Shown here piece after piece: positions 11,790 to 22,076 of a stretch of 64,000 bases of DNA. Positions within the stretch are counted from its first letter, which is position 1. Each line of letters opens with the position of its first letter. Below the pieces are notes generated by a model. That model did no database searches and was not told the DNA's origin. It saw only the letters and a program-made list of their open reading frames with translations. The stretch is from positions 1-64,000 of the forward strand of contig JALDZS010000021.1 of NCBI GenBank assembly GCA_022813965.1. The letters are read 5' to 3'. Origin of the DNA: Toensbergia leucococca (lineage: Eukaryota). The translations under genes were made by a program, and so were the position numbers.

Positions 11790-12560
11790 TTACGACCTCA
11801 TGGTTTGCAAGGACACCCATTCACTTGAGTTCAGTCCTTTCAATTCTTGCAACGCCGGCATGCCCTCAAGCATTCCTTCAGCCAATTTGTCCCAAAGGAT
11901 TCCACATACCGGCTTCCTCGTACCTGACACTTCAATGATTCGGGTCGGAGTCACCACGATATCACAGACCGTGTCATATTCTTCCGGAAGGACTTTATCT
12001 GTCACAATCTGGCAATCGTGAACTATGACGGCTGCGGGCGTCGCGACTGTGATAGCTCTGACGCTATACAGCATACCCCACTCTAGGTCAAAGAATCCAT
12101 GCCCTTTGCCAACCCTCACGCCCTCTGTACTAATAGCTCCTGTTCCAGTAACAAGGAGGTCGATCTTGAGGTTTTCCGCCAAAACCTGCGAGAGCTCGAT
12201 TGGTCGGGCCAACTTTTCCTGGCCGTCTAAGGTGGCAGCATATTCGTATCTCGCAGGAGGTATTAATACTGGCTCTAATAGCCAGAAGCCTCGTCGAATC
12301 GCATATGTGGTTGTGAGGACAGACTTGCCGTCCTTCAGCGCAGCTAAGCGTAGGCCTTCGAGACAATTATCCGGGGTAACGAAGATGACCGTGGCAGAGA
12401 TGTAGCAAGGAAGACATACAAATTGCGCTATCGCAGAGGACGAGCCTTCAAAGTCAGGAATGAATTCAGCAAAGTTGAGATGAAAGCGAGAGTCTGGCCG
12501 TGCGACTCTTGCGAGTGCTGCCCACACTTTTTCGCGAACTTCAGCTTTATTCGGTGGCAT
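11790..12560 (-). CDS. 5-formyltetrahydrofolate cyclo-ligase paralog (COG0212/MTHFSD type), intronless
   Basis: K.EVREKVW, IPDFEGS, IFVTPD, IDLLVTG..A...GVRVGKGHGFFDLEW, VHDCQI and D...D.VVTPTR.I in a 256-aa ORF. Confidence 0.88.
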   Translation of the reverse strand: MPPNKAEVREKVWAALARVARPDSRFHLNFAEFIPDFEGSSSAIAQFVCLPCYISATVIFVTPDNCLEGLRLAALKDGKSVLTTTYAIRRGFWLLEPVLIPPARYEYAATLDGQEKLARPIELSQVLAENLKIDLLVTGTGAISTEGVRVGKGHGFFDLEWGMLYSVRAITVATPAAVIVHDCQIVTDKVLPEEYDTVCDIVVTPTRIIEVSGTRKPVCGILWDKLAEGMLEGMPALQELKGLNSSEWVSLQTMRS

Positions 12561-12680
12561 GCCCGCGATCAGCGACTCAGCTCAGCCTCAAGCAGGGACT
12601 TAACGTGGATTTCGAATCCGCCATGTACCTAAGGTAAATTCGAGTGCGGGTAAGCATGGTCTAACGGAGACGCTAGCAAC

Positions 12681-12798
12681 ATTACCAATTCTACGTCGTT
12701 CAATCTGATACAACCTACATGACGGGAACCAATTATTCATGATGGTATGTGATGTATGCGAGGGATAGGCACGGGATCAATATTACCAATCCTACGTC
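12681..12798. promoter_or_regulatory. duplicated 17-bp motif ATTACCAAT(T/C)CTACGTC in a divergent promoter
   Basis: Copies at 12681-12697 and 12782-12798 are 16/17 identical, each with a CCAAT box and a TACGTC core. Confidence 0.55.
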
Positions 12799-12978
12799 AG
12801 CAAGCTCAATGGCAAGGTGTCTGTTTCCTGATGTTTCACAAGATAAGGGTAGATAGACGCTCCGGCTTATCCTAGCCGCGTCTCTTTCTCTATTATTACC
12901 TCGATCGACTTCTGGAGATACTCAGACCATAAACAATCAAAAGTTCTGCGCACCTCGCATCTGTGCTAAGTCCTTGTC

Positions 12979-14825
12979 ATGGAATCACCCCCAGAATACC
13001 TCGAAGGAAGTCCGGGAGAAAAGGAAAGGCTGGGATCTGTTCCCCAGACATCCGTCGGCACCGCAGACTCTCCACTTAAGATCTTGGAGCTGGTCAAAAT
13101 CCATGATCAAGATCACCCTATCCACTGGCCGACTTGGAAGAAGTGGGCTATCATTACTGTCTACTGCCTACTCCAGACCTTTGTCACTATCACATCTACT
13201 TCTTACGTCTCAGCCGAGTATTTGGTACAACTGAAATTTGGAGGGAGTGTTCAGGTCGTAACGTTGGGCCAGTCAATGTTCATCGTTGGAAATGCATTTG
13301 GCCCTGTCATATTAGGTCCCTTGTCGTGAGTGGTTTGGCATGCTCAAGCCAAAATCTTGCGATGCTAAAATGCGTAGTGATATTGGTGGACGTAAGTGGG
13401 TTTACGTGGGATCGATAGCTCTTTACGCGATACTGAACATAGTAAGACTTTTCCTTCTGAGAAATCGCTGTCTTGGAAATCGCGTTGACCGCTCTTATAG
13501 GGAACTGCGCTTGCTCTCAATCTACCCATGCTCATCATCTTCCAATTTCTTTGCGGAGCGGCTGGCAGTACGGCCCTATCCAACGTCGCTGGGACGATTG
13601 CAGATCTCTTTGGCGACGCTGATAATGCTGGTCAAGCCATGGCTTTGTTTGTCGGGAGCGCCAATATTGGACCCAGCCTTGGAAGTCCAGTAGGGGAGTG
13701 GATATCGGCCAATCCAAATATGGGCCTGAGCTGGATTTTCTGGATAAAGTAAGTTACATAGCACGCTATCATTCTTGGGGATAACGAAAGCAGAGGCTTA
13801 CTGATATGATCAGTGTCATTATTGGAGGAGCTTTTGCACTCCTCATGTGTCTCGTCCCGGAGACACTTCCTAGAATTGTTATTGCAAATGGAGCGAAGCG
13901 TAGTCAAACCAAGGATCCGGAAGAGCTTGCCGTACTGGAGACGAAGATCAATGTTTTGAAGGAAATCGGGTTCGTGACAACTATGGCCTTGCGTATATTG
14001 GTCACAGAGCCCATAGTTACCTTCCTTGGGATTTACAATGGGTTTGCCTATGGTCTACTTTTTCTGTATCTTGATGGTGTCTTCGACGTTTTTGCGATCA
14101 ACAACGGCCTATCGTAAGCTCATCCCCCATTCGTGCAAGATCGCGGCCGCTGAATTGTTTACAGAGACATTGGTGCGGATCTCACCTACCTGAATTTCGT
14201 TGTCGGCGTTATAGTCATGTTCCTCTTCATGCCGGTACAGACCTACCTATTCAAACGTGATCGACTCAGACGGGGACATAATCGTCCGGAAGCCAGATTC
14301 CTCACTTCATTAGTAACAGTCTGGCTGTTCCCTATTTCGCTATTTTGGTTTGCATTTACCTCCAATGGGGATACTTCATTCTGGTCTCCTGTGGTTGCCG
14401 GCGGGGTGCTGGGATTCGCGGACCCGTTGCTTTACTTGAGCATGCTTTCTTATATCACCGGTGAGTTTCCTCGAGTGCTCTTAGAGAATGCAAGGAAATT
14501 TCAAGCATTTGCTGACTTGTCCTCTGACAGATGCGTATCCAAATGTTGCCGCATCGGCAATTGCAGCATTCCTTATTCCTTCATTTATCTTAGCAGCTGC
14601 ATTTGCGCACATTGGTAAGCATGGAAAATGTTTGCCGTCATTCTATCCGTAATCAACAGACTAATCCGATACTCTCTAGGTATCGTGATGTTCGATAATT
14701 TGAGTTCAACCTGGGCAGTGGCGACTCTAGGTTTTGTTTCGTTGGGCATTGTCGCCCTTGTTAATGTCCTGTATTTCTTCGGCCCTTGGCTCAGAGCTCG
14801 ATCCAAATTAGCGAGGACTTTCTAG
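12979..14825 (+). CDS. MFS transporter, DHA1 family (resembles S. pombe Bsu1-type), about 7 exons
   Basis: HPIHWPTWKKW, GPLSDIGGRKWVY (motif A), GTIADLF, GPSLG, VPETLP, TEPIV, PEARF, DAYP...ASA, GPWLRARSK. Six GT-AG introns. Confidence 0.92.
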
Positions 14826-15355
14826 GGCTCCTTGTGCTTCTCTTGAATATAATTCCTACATCATGACGGAGCAATCAAAGAATCTCAGAATACTGTTGAG
14901 TAGATGGCTTTGTCTTGAGAACGAGCAATGGAAAGCAGGATAATTTAGCACTTAAATTGCAAGCCTCACTCCAAAGAAGGCCGAGGCCGGAGACCGAGTT
15001 CAAGGGTTCAGGGGCTTTGCAGCTCTTCTGCATGGTGAGGTAGGTCAGAGCGGGGTAAACAAAGTCATGCCAAAGCAAAACCACAGAAACGGGGTTGATG
15101 AAATAAGAGTAGAGATTGATACGAGTACGAATTCGATGAGTGCAATGATAAAGTAGCCCTAAAGCACGTGCAATGATGACATAGGTAGTACAGCGATCTC
15201 GCTAGCGCCAGTGCGAGTAGGTAGGAAGCCCATCACCAGTTTAATGTTTGATACGGACTACTAACGAGACGATGGTAATCGATGCGGTATGATACTGCGG
15301 CCCTTGAGGCCGTGGAACGAGATTCCTCCATGTGAACGCTATTGCGCACGAAGTA

Positions 15356-16963
15356 ATGAATACAATGAGTGTCACCGCCGCTGCTAGAATAGCATCTAGA
15401 ATTCTACGAAGATCAATCCGTCGATATGATCGGGCCGTCGCGAGTCATACTTCTAGAAACTCATTCTCTTGCGGGACTGGATCACCCATCAGTTCTCGAG
15501 GGTTCCATAGCTCAGTTCGGCACTGGGCGGAAAGTTCTGCAGCAAAAGCGTCGAACACAGTGTCTGCCTCGTCTTCAGATTCTTCCAATCCAGCGCTTTC
15601 TTTTCCCTGTCTCGATGCCCAAGAGGCCAAGACAGCCTCGCTATCTGCTCGCTCTTTATTGTCTGGCCCTGAGCCATCTTACACCACGGGGCAGCATCTC
15701 ACTTTTCAGTCTCAAGAGCCACTGCTTCTGGATTGGGGTGGAGTCCTCCCTTCATTCAACATTGCGTATGAGACATGGGGAAATTTAAACGAGGCCAAGG
15801 ACAATGCAATACTTCTACATACTGGACTTTCGGCTTCGAGTCATGCGCATAGTACGAGTACAAATTCAAAGCCAGGATGGTGGGAAAAGTTCATTGGGCC
15901 TGGTGCTCCCCTTGACACGAATAAGTACTGCATAATATGTACTAATGTCATAGGAGGCTGTTATGGCAGTACTGGTCCAAGCTCGATGGATCCCGCGGAT
16001 GGGCAAAGATATGCTACGCGGTTTCCTATCCTGACTATGGAAGATATGGTTCGAGCGCAATTTAGATTGTTAGATGGGTTTGGTATCGACAAGCTGTATG
16101 CAAGCGTTGGTTCTAGTATGGGAGGTATGCAGAGTCTAGCTGCAGGTGTACTGTTTCCCGAAAGAGTAGGCAAAGTGGTCAGCATTAGTGGTTGTGCACG
16201 AAGCCATCCATACAGCATTGCGATGCGACATACACAGCGTCAGGTACTTATGATGGACCCGAATTGGTCACGGGGCTTCTACTACAATAATATTCCTCCT
16301 CATTCTGGGATGAAACTAGCCCGAGAAATTGCTACAGTAACTTATCGAAGTGGACCTGAATGGGAGCAGCGCTTTGGACGACGAAGAGCAGATCCGAGTC
16401 GACAACCTGCACTTTGCCCTGATTTCCTGATCGAAACGTACCTTGATCATGCTGGGGAGAAGTTCTGCCTGGAATACGATGCTAACAGTCTTCTCTATGT
16501 TTCCAAAGCGATGGACCTGTTTGATCTCGGGCGTGAGCATCAACTGCAAATGTCTATACTCAGACAGCAGAATCAGGTGAAATTAAAATCCGGAGAGAGG
16601 GATGACAGCAAAGATCAGTCCTGCAATCTGACACTGCCGGACTCTCCTTACGAAGAGCAAACACCGGATTCACCAGTACAATCGCTATCGGAACCCGTTG
16701 CCACGACATCAAGGATTCCACCTGTGGATCTTGTCGACGGCCTCTCACCTCTTCGCAAACATTCAATACTGGTGATGGGTGTTGCTAGTGACATATTATT
16801 TCCAGCGTGGCAGCAAAGAGAAATCGCAGCAACATTGAGGGCGGCAGGCAGCACATCCACCACACACGTAGAACTAGGGGAAGATACATCGCTGTTTGGC
16901 CATGATACGTTTTTGCTAGATTTGGAGCATATTGGCGGCAATGTTCGGAATTTCTTAGATTAA
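15356..16963 (+). CDS. serine O-succinyl/acetyltransferase of the homoserine acetyltransferase family (Cys2/CysA type), mitochondrial presequence
   Basis: [45 protein letters not shown] nucleophile, SDILFP and FGHDTFL. Arg/Ser-rich N-terminus. The start could be 15356 or 15365. Confidence 0.88.
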   Translation: MNTMSVTAAARIASRILRRSIRRYDRAVASHTSRNSFSCGTGSPISSRGFHSSVRHWAESSAAKASNTVSASSSDSSNPALSFPCLDAQEAKTASLSARSLLSGPEPSYTTGQHLTFQSQEPLLLDWGGVLPSFNIAYETWGNLNEAKDNAILLHTGLSASSHAHSTSTNSKPGWWEKFIGPGAPLDTNKYCIICTNVIGGCYGSTGPSSMDPADGQRYATRFPILTMEDMVRAQFRLLDGFGIDKLYASVGSSMGGMQSLAAGVLFPERVGKVVSISGCARSHPYSIAMRHTQRQVLMMDPNWSRGFYYNNIPPHSGMKLAREIATVTYRSGPEWEQRFGRRRADPSRQPALCPDFLIETYLDHAGEKFCLEYDANSLLYVSKAMDLFDLGREHQLQMSILRQQNQVKLKSGERDDSKDQSCNLTLPDSPYEEQTPDSPVQSLSEPVATTSRIPPVDLVDGLSPLRKHSILVMGVASDILFPAWQQREIAATLRAAGSTSTTHVELGEDTSLFGHDTFLLDLEHIGGNVRNFLD

Positions 16964-18234
16964 ATTAGGGCAACGTCAGGGTTGCGAGGAGCATTGCACG
17001 GGATTCAGGTACAAAATGGAGATATGTTACAGGAGAATGGCTGCGATTTTGGTTTCAAATATCGGAAATATCGATTTGGGGTCAAAAAGAGGTTTGTACT
17101 TCCACAGCTGACGAATGACACGAGGAGGTGTGAGGGGTGTAATGAAGTTCTAGAATCCCATGTGAAAGACATGGAAAGTTGAATGCTGGCATAGGCAGGT
17201 GCAGTGTAACTGTAAAGTACGGTTTTGTGCATATGTGCGTGGGGAGAAGTCCGCCTGAACCCTTGTCTTCATTGATACGCTACGACTCGATGATTGACAT
17301 GATCCATGAGATGTTCATGCACGATTAATGCAAGTGGTCGCAGATGGCAGTGATGGCACCGGTTCATTGATGAATCAAGCAGCTGACAAGCAGGCAGAAG
17401 ACAACGTGATGCAGTGCTGGAGATAGTGAAACAGATAGATTGTCACTGCATGCTCTGGACCACGGGAACCTTCTGAAAGATTCATAGCTGCCGTTCATTG
17501 TGCAGGTACCTACTATCTAGTACCTAGAACATCTGCTACGTCGATGTTTCGATTGTTCAATGCTCTCTTCGCTCAACGAAATAGAACTAGAAGGAGCCTA
17601 GTTTCCACTCTCTACTCTCCACCATTTAGAATACTAACTCGCGTTTAACTAGCTTGTCCACCAACGGAAAAGCGAAAAAGCTTGTACCTTTAAACCTCTC
17701 GACCTCTCCTTTAATTCGTCTCCAAAAATCATATAAGATCTTTCCATTTCTAGTATCAGACTCTTCCCTCTCACTCAATTCTTTGATCAGCAACCACCAC
17801 GGTCCTCGAAATCAGATAGTCAACCCAGCCCCCGAGTTGGGATCCTGGTTGCAGTGTGCAGTGCATTAGTCGACTACCTTAGCCCCCTCTGGCCACATCA
17901 TCGTCATTCGTCAGCTAGGTATTCTAGGTACTTAATTTGGCGGCGGGAAATTGTCGATCATCTCGAATTACTTCTTTCGCTCCGTTCGGTCGGTCCAACT
18001 TCAATTTGGATACGTGTACCTTGGTGTACCAAGCTTCTAGCTACCTAAATCCCATGTATCATCCTGATCGTTCGAAAGTAGTCATTCTACTTTGGTGATT
18101 TGCCCTTTCCCTCTGGTAATTGGGCTTTTCACCTACGCCGTACTTATCACGTCCGGAGTCCTCTCGTCAGCCTCACAACAACGAACCTTTACGACAACTC
18201 TCTACTTTGGGCTCTGCCGTCGAGTTTCGCGATA

Positions 18235-19414
18235 ATGTTCACTTTTCGAAAGGCTGCCATCACAGCTGCTTTCCTCCTTACCTTTTTCTACTTCCTCCAC
18301 TCATCGCATACCTCACCATCAAACCTCCCCGAGTCCAACGATACTCTGAAAACGAATCATGACGGGAACACATATCCGAGCCCAACAAACCCATCTTCTC
18401 AGTCCTCAAGACCCTACCCACCACCTCGACAGTCATCCAAGAATAAGCCAATAACACAGCAGCCTCTTGCAGATGCTACGCATAAATCATTACGAGACCA
18501 GCTTCAATATCAATTTCCCTATGATCTAGAGGGCAAATTCCCGGCATATATATGGCAGACTTGGAAATACACTCCCGCTCAAGGTGAATTCGGCGACACC
18601 TTGCGGCCAGCAGAAGCAAGTTGGACCGAGAAACATCCGGGTTTCGTTCATGAAGTCGTAACAGACCAGACCGCAGAACTCTTAATTCGTCATCTCTACG
18701 CATCCGTACCGCAAACCTTGGAGGCATATAAATCCCTACCTGCAGGAGTACTCCAAGCAGACTTCTTTCGATATCTTATCCTTCTCGCACGCGGCGGCAT
18801 CTACACCGATATCGACACTACGGCCCTCAAGTCTACGACTGACTGGCTTCCAGAGGAGGTTCCACGGTCGACTATCGGGCTCATCGTCGGTATAGAGGCT
18901 GATCCAAATCGAACTGACTGGCATGACTGGTACTCTCGTCGCATACAGTTCTGTCAGTGGACTATCCAAGCCAAGCCAGGCCACCCTGCTCTCCGTGATG
19001 TAGTTGCGACCATTACAGAAGATGTTCTTCGAATGAAAAAGGCAGGCATATTAAGTATGAAGAAGATGGACAAGAGCATAGTCGAGTTTACTGGCCCAGC
19101 TGTCTGGACGGATGCCATCATGAACTTCTTCAATAATCCCGATTACTACAAGATGGACCAGGGTATGAAGAACATCACCTGGGAGCATTTTACGGGCATG
19201 GAGACTGCGAAGAAAGTCGGCGATGTAGTAGTTCTGCCCATTACGAGTTTCAGTCCAGGCGTGCAGCAGATGGGAGCAAAGGAGGACGATGATCCTATGG
19301 CATTTGTGAAGCATGACTTCTCGGGTACGTCTGCCGTTGCAAGTTGTTTGAGAAACCGACGCTGACGTATATTCAACAGGCTCTTGGAAACCCGAAAACG
19401 AAAAGATGAGCTAA
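18235..19414 (+). CDS. OCH1: initiation-specific alpha-1,6-mannosyltransferase (GT32), 2 exons
   Basis: N-terminal TM anchor, FPAYIWQTWK, ADFFRYLILLARGGIYTDIDT, RRIQFCQWTIQAKPGHP, FTGPAVWTD, VLPITSFSPG, FVKHDF-intron-GSWK. Confidence 0.93.
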
Positions 19415-20176
19415 AAGACCTTCATCTCCATTTACAGCATATCCACTCTCACATTCCGTTCACCACGTTTCTCACCTCGTATCTTGCAGCATATGGAGCG
19501 TTATAGCATAAAAAGTCACGACTGGGCGGGATCGAATACTTTACTAACAATAGACTTTGGAGGTGGGAAGGCCTCGGAAAATTGCGACAAATTAATGAAA
19601 CTAGACCTATTTCCTCATCTTGACGGACGACCACGTTCTGACTTCTGGCCCGCTTCCCGACTGCTACTGCTGTCGGGTCGGGTAATACTTCGCATTATGG
19701 ACAGACATACACAATGTTCAAGGGCTGATACTTGTGTTCTCCTTTTTGTACAGCATATCATTCGGTGCGGGCATATATCACGGGGCTTCTTTCTGTTTTT
19801 CTGTTTGAGATTCTCGCTACTCGGTTTACTGCGCTTTCGCGGTCCCAGTAATGGTGTTGCTGTTATTGTTGTTGTCCTAGTCTCGGGCACGCATTCAATA
19901 TTAGAGGTCCGGAAAAGGGTGCTTGTTAGTGTTTGGTGTGAAAGGAGGGGGGGGATGTGGTATACACTGTTGAACTATAAATACTCGGTCCTTGTATATA
20001 CCAATTCATTCATCTTTCTTCACAGTGTTTGGATGGGTGTGACTCACTTGCCTTCAGTGTAGCTGATCCGGTATCAGTTGAGTACACGTGCATTCATATC
20101 CTAGCTCATCCATAAGCCTTCCGTCGTTGTTTGGGGGTAACCTCTCAAGGCGTTCCTTGCCCCACGCCCATTTCAC

Positions 20177-20222
20177 CTTCATGATTGCCGCACCCTTCAT
20201 GATTGCCGCACCCTTCATGATC
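20177..20222. repeat. 18-bp tandem repeat (ccttcatgattgccgcac) about 2.5 copies
   Basis: Directly visible in the sequence. Confidence 0.85.
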
Positions 20223-20913
20223 ATCAGACTTTTCACACACCTTATTTCCTCCTTTCCCAACCCTCTATGTTGCTCTACCCCCTTCCTTGCCCGCCTCGCT
20301 CTTCTCTCTTGTTCAGCTCTGCCTTTCCAAACGCCTTCGATCATAGCCTGTTCCCCACCCTGTGTACTTTTTTATCTCATCTCTTTCTCTCTCTTTGATA
20401 CCACCTCATCTTCCTCTATCCCTTCCCTGTTTCCAATTTCAAAGATTTAGAGAGGGGGAAGGAGGAGCTGTGGTTTTTCGATCAACATCCGAGAATAAAC
20501 AACCCAAGCCCGGGCCCGGAAGGGGGGGGTGGAAAGGAAAGGGGACTTCTTCCTTCCGATTAAAGAAAAAAGGACAGTTGCTTTTTTTGTAATTTTTGAC
20601 AAACCCCCAGGGTGGGGAAAAAGGGGAACCCGGTTACAGAGAAACCCCTCCCCTTTTCAAACACATTATGACAACCCCTTCACACACACACCCCCCCCCC
20701 CCCTTCGCCACATCACTCCGGCGCAAAACATTGCAAAGAGCGAAGAAACATTCATTGAAAAATGGTCACAGCCACCTTCCTTGACTCGGTTCCCCTTACC
20801 CCCCCTCTCTCTCTACACACCTCATTATCGACGCGCTGTATACCATGGCGCCCACATCAAACGTGATTTATCCGCATCCCTCCCTACCTTACCTGTGTCT
20901 AATGCAATTAGCC

Positions 20914-20942
20914 AAAAAAAAAAAAAAAAAAAAAAAAAAAAA
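20914..20942. repeat. poly(A) run, 29 nt
   Basis: Directly visible in the sequence. Confidence 0.95.
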
Positions 20943-21198
20943 CATATCATCAAAAACGATTTAATGGTCTGGATGATCACTCACGTCTGGGTAGAAGAAA
21001 CGTGTGTGTGATGGGACCACAAAATTGGGCAGAGAGCAATTTGTGGCAAGAGGTGAGGAAAACTTCCGAGTTTGAAAATGTGTGGGGGGAGGGGAGGTTT
21101 CGCTAGGTTAGACTTAGGGGGGTGGGCTGTGGATTATTGCTTCCCCCCCGGCTCAACCCGGGGCAGCTCCCCCGGAAAAAAGAATGTGAATGGTTTGC

Positions 21199-21223
21199 GT
21201 GTGTGTGTGTGTGTGTGTGTGTG
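21199..21223. repeat. (GT)12 microsatellite
   Basis: Directly visible in the sequence. Confidence 0.95.
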
Positions 21224-22076
21224 AGCGCGTGTAAAAAGATGTTAGAGGGTGTGATAAAAAAAACCTAATGAGAGAGTTGGAAGCTCAAAGAAAGAAGAAA
21301 AAAGATGAGGTGAGGTGAGTTGAATTGAACAAATAGCAAAAGAAAGTAAAGTTAACTTTGCGTCAAATTTTCAGATTTCCAAAGAAAACGTGATCGACCC
21401 TTTGAACATGGGCATGAGTGAAATGAAGAGATTGATAGAGTCAAAGACATTTCAAGTGTAGAGTTAATAGGGAAGGGGCGGCGGAACGGGCAGTATATAG
21501 GGTTAGTTAGGGCAATTAAAACTGGCAATGGTCACTCGCGCCCATTTTCTTGAGAAAAGGGAAAGCGGGGCCATTCGTCGCCGCCACAGCCAAGTAAAGA
21601 ACGGCACCAACGGTTCTCTTTTTCTTTTTTTGAAAACAAAGACTCGAAAAACAAGTGTCATTGATTAAGCGTCTTCTCTCCCCCCCCACCAGCAGGGAAT
21701 CCTTCAGAATACATATGCAACTATGGCTACCGACCACTCCCCTCAACAAACACGCATGCACCACACAGGGGCGCACATGAAGCCAAAGAAAAAAAAGGAA
21801 AAAAAAAACAGACAAAAGAAACGAAACAAGCACAACAAGAAAAAACTCCTAGCGCCGTCTATGGTAGCCAAGAGTAACGGACAATATAGCCACCCGGTAA
21901 ATGGACGGATCCTCGCCCAGGAACAACCACAACGCCTGGTTTCTCCCAAGAAGCAAAAAAAAATGCTCGCAAAGCGCTAGTGAAGAAGATGGAATGAGTG
22001 TTGAAGCCATGCGTATTGAAGTGGGGTTGGTGGGCAACGAGAGGATGTAATGGCGAGCGAGGGAAGTGATTCAATT

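Noticed and set aside
10300..12978. TPP riboswitch near the putative thiamin-related cluster
   Set aside because: No match by eye to the conserved CTGAGA...GAACTTGATC..GATAATACCAGCG aptamer core.
19484..21980. Multiple ORFs of 60-190 aa between OCH1 and ROM2
   Set aside because: They arise from low-complexity and homopolymer sequence and show no domain signal.
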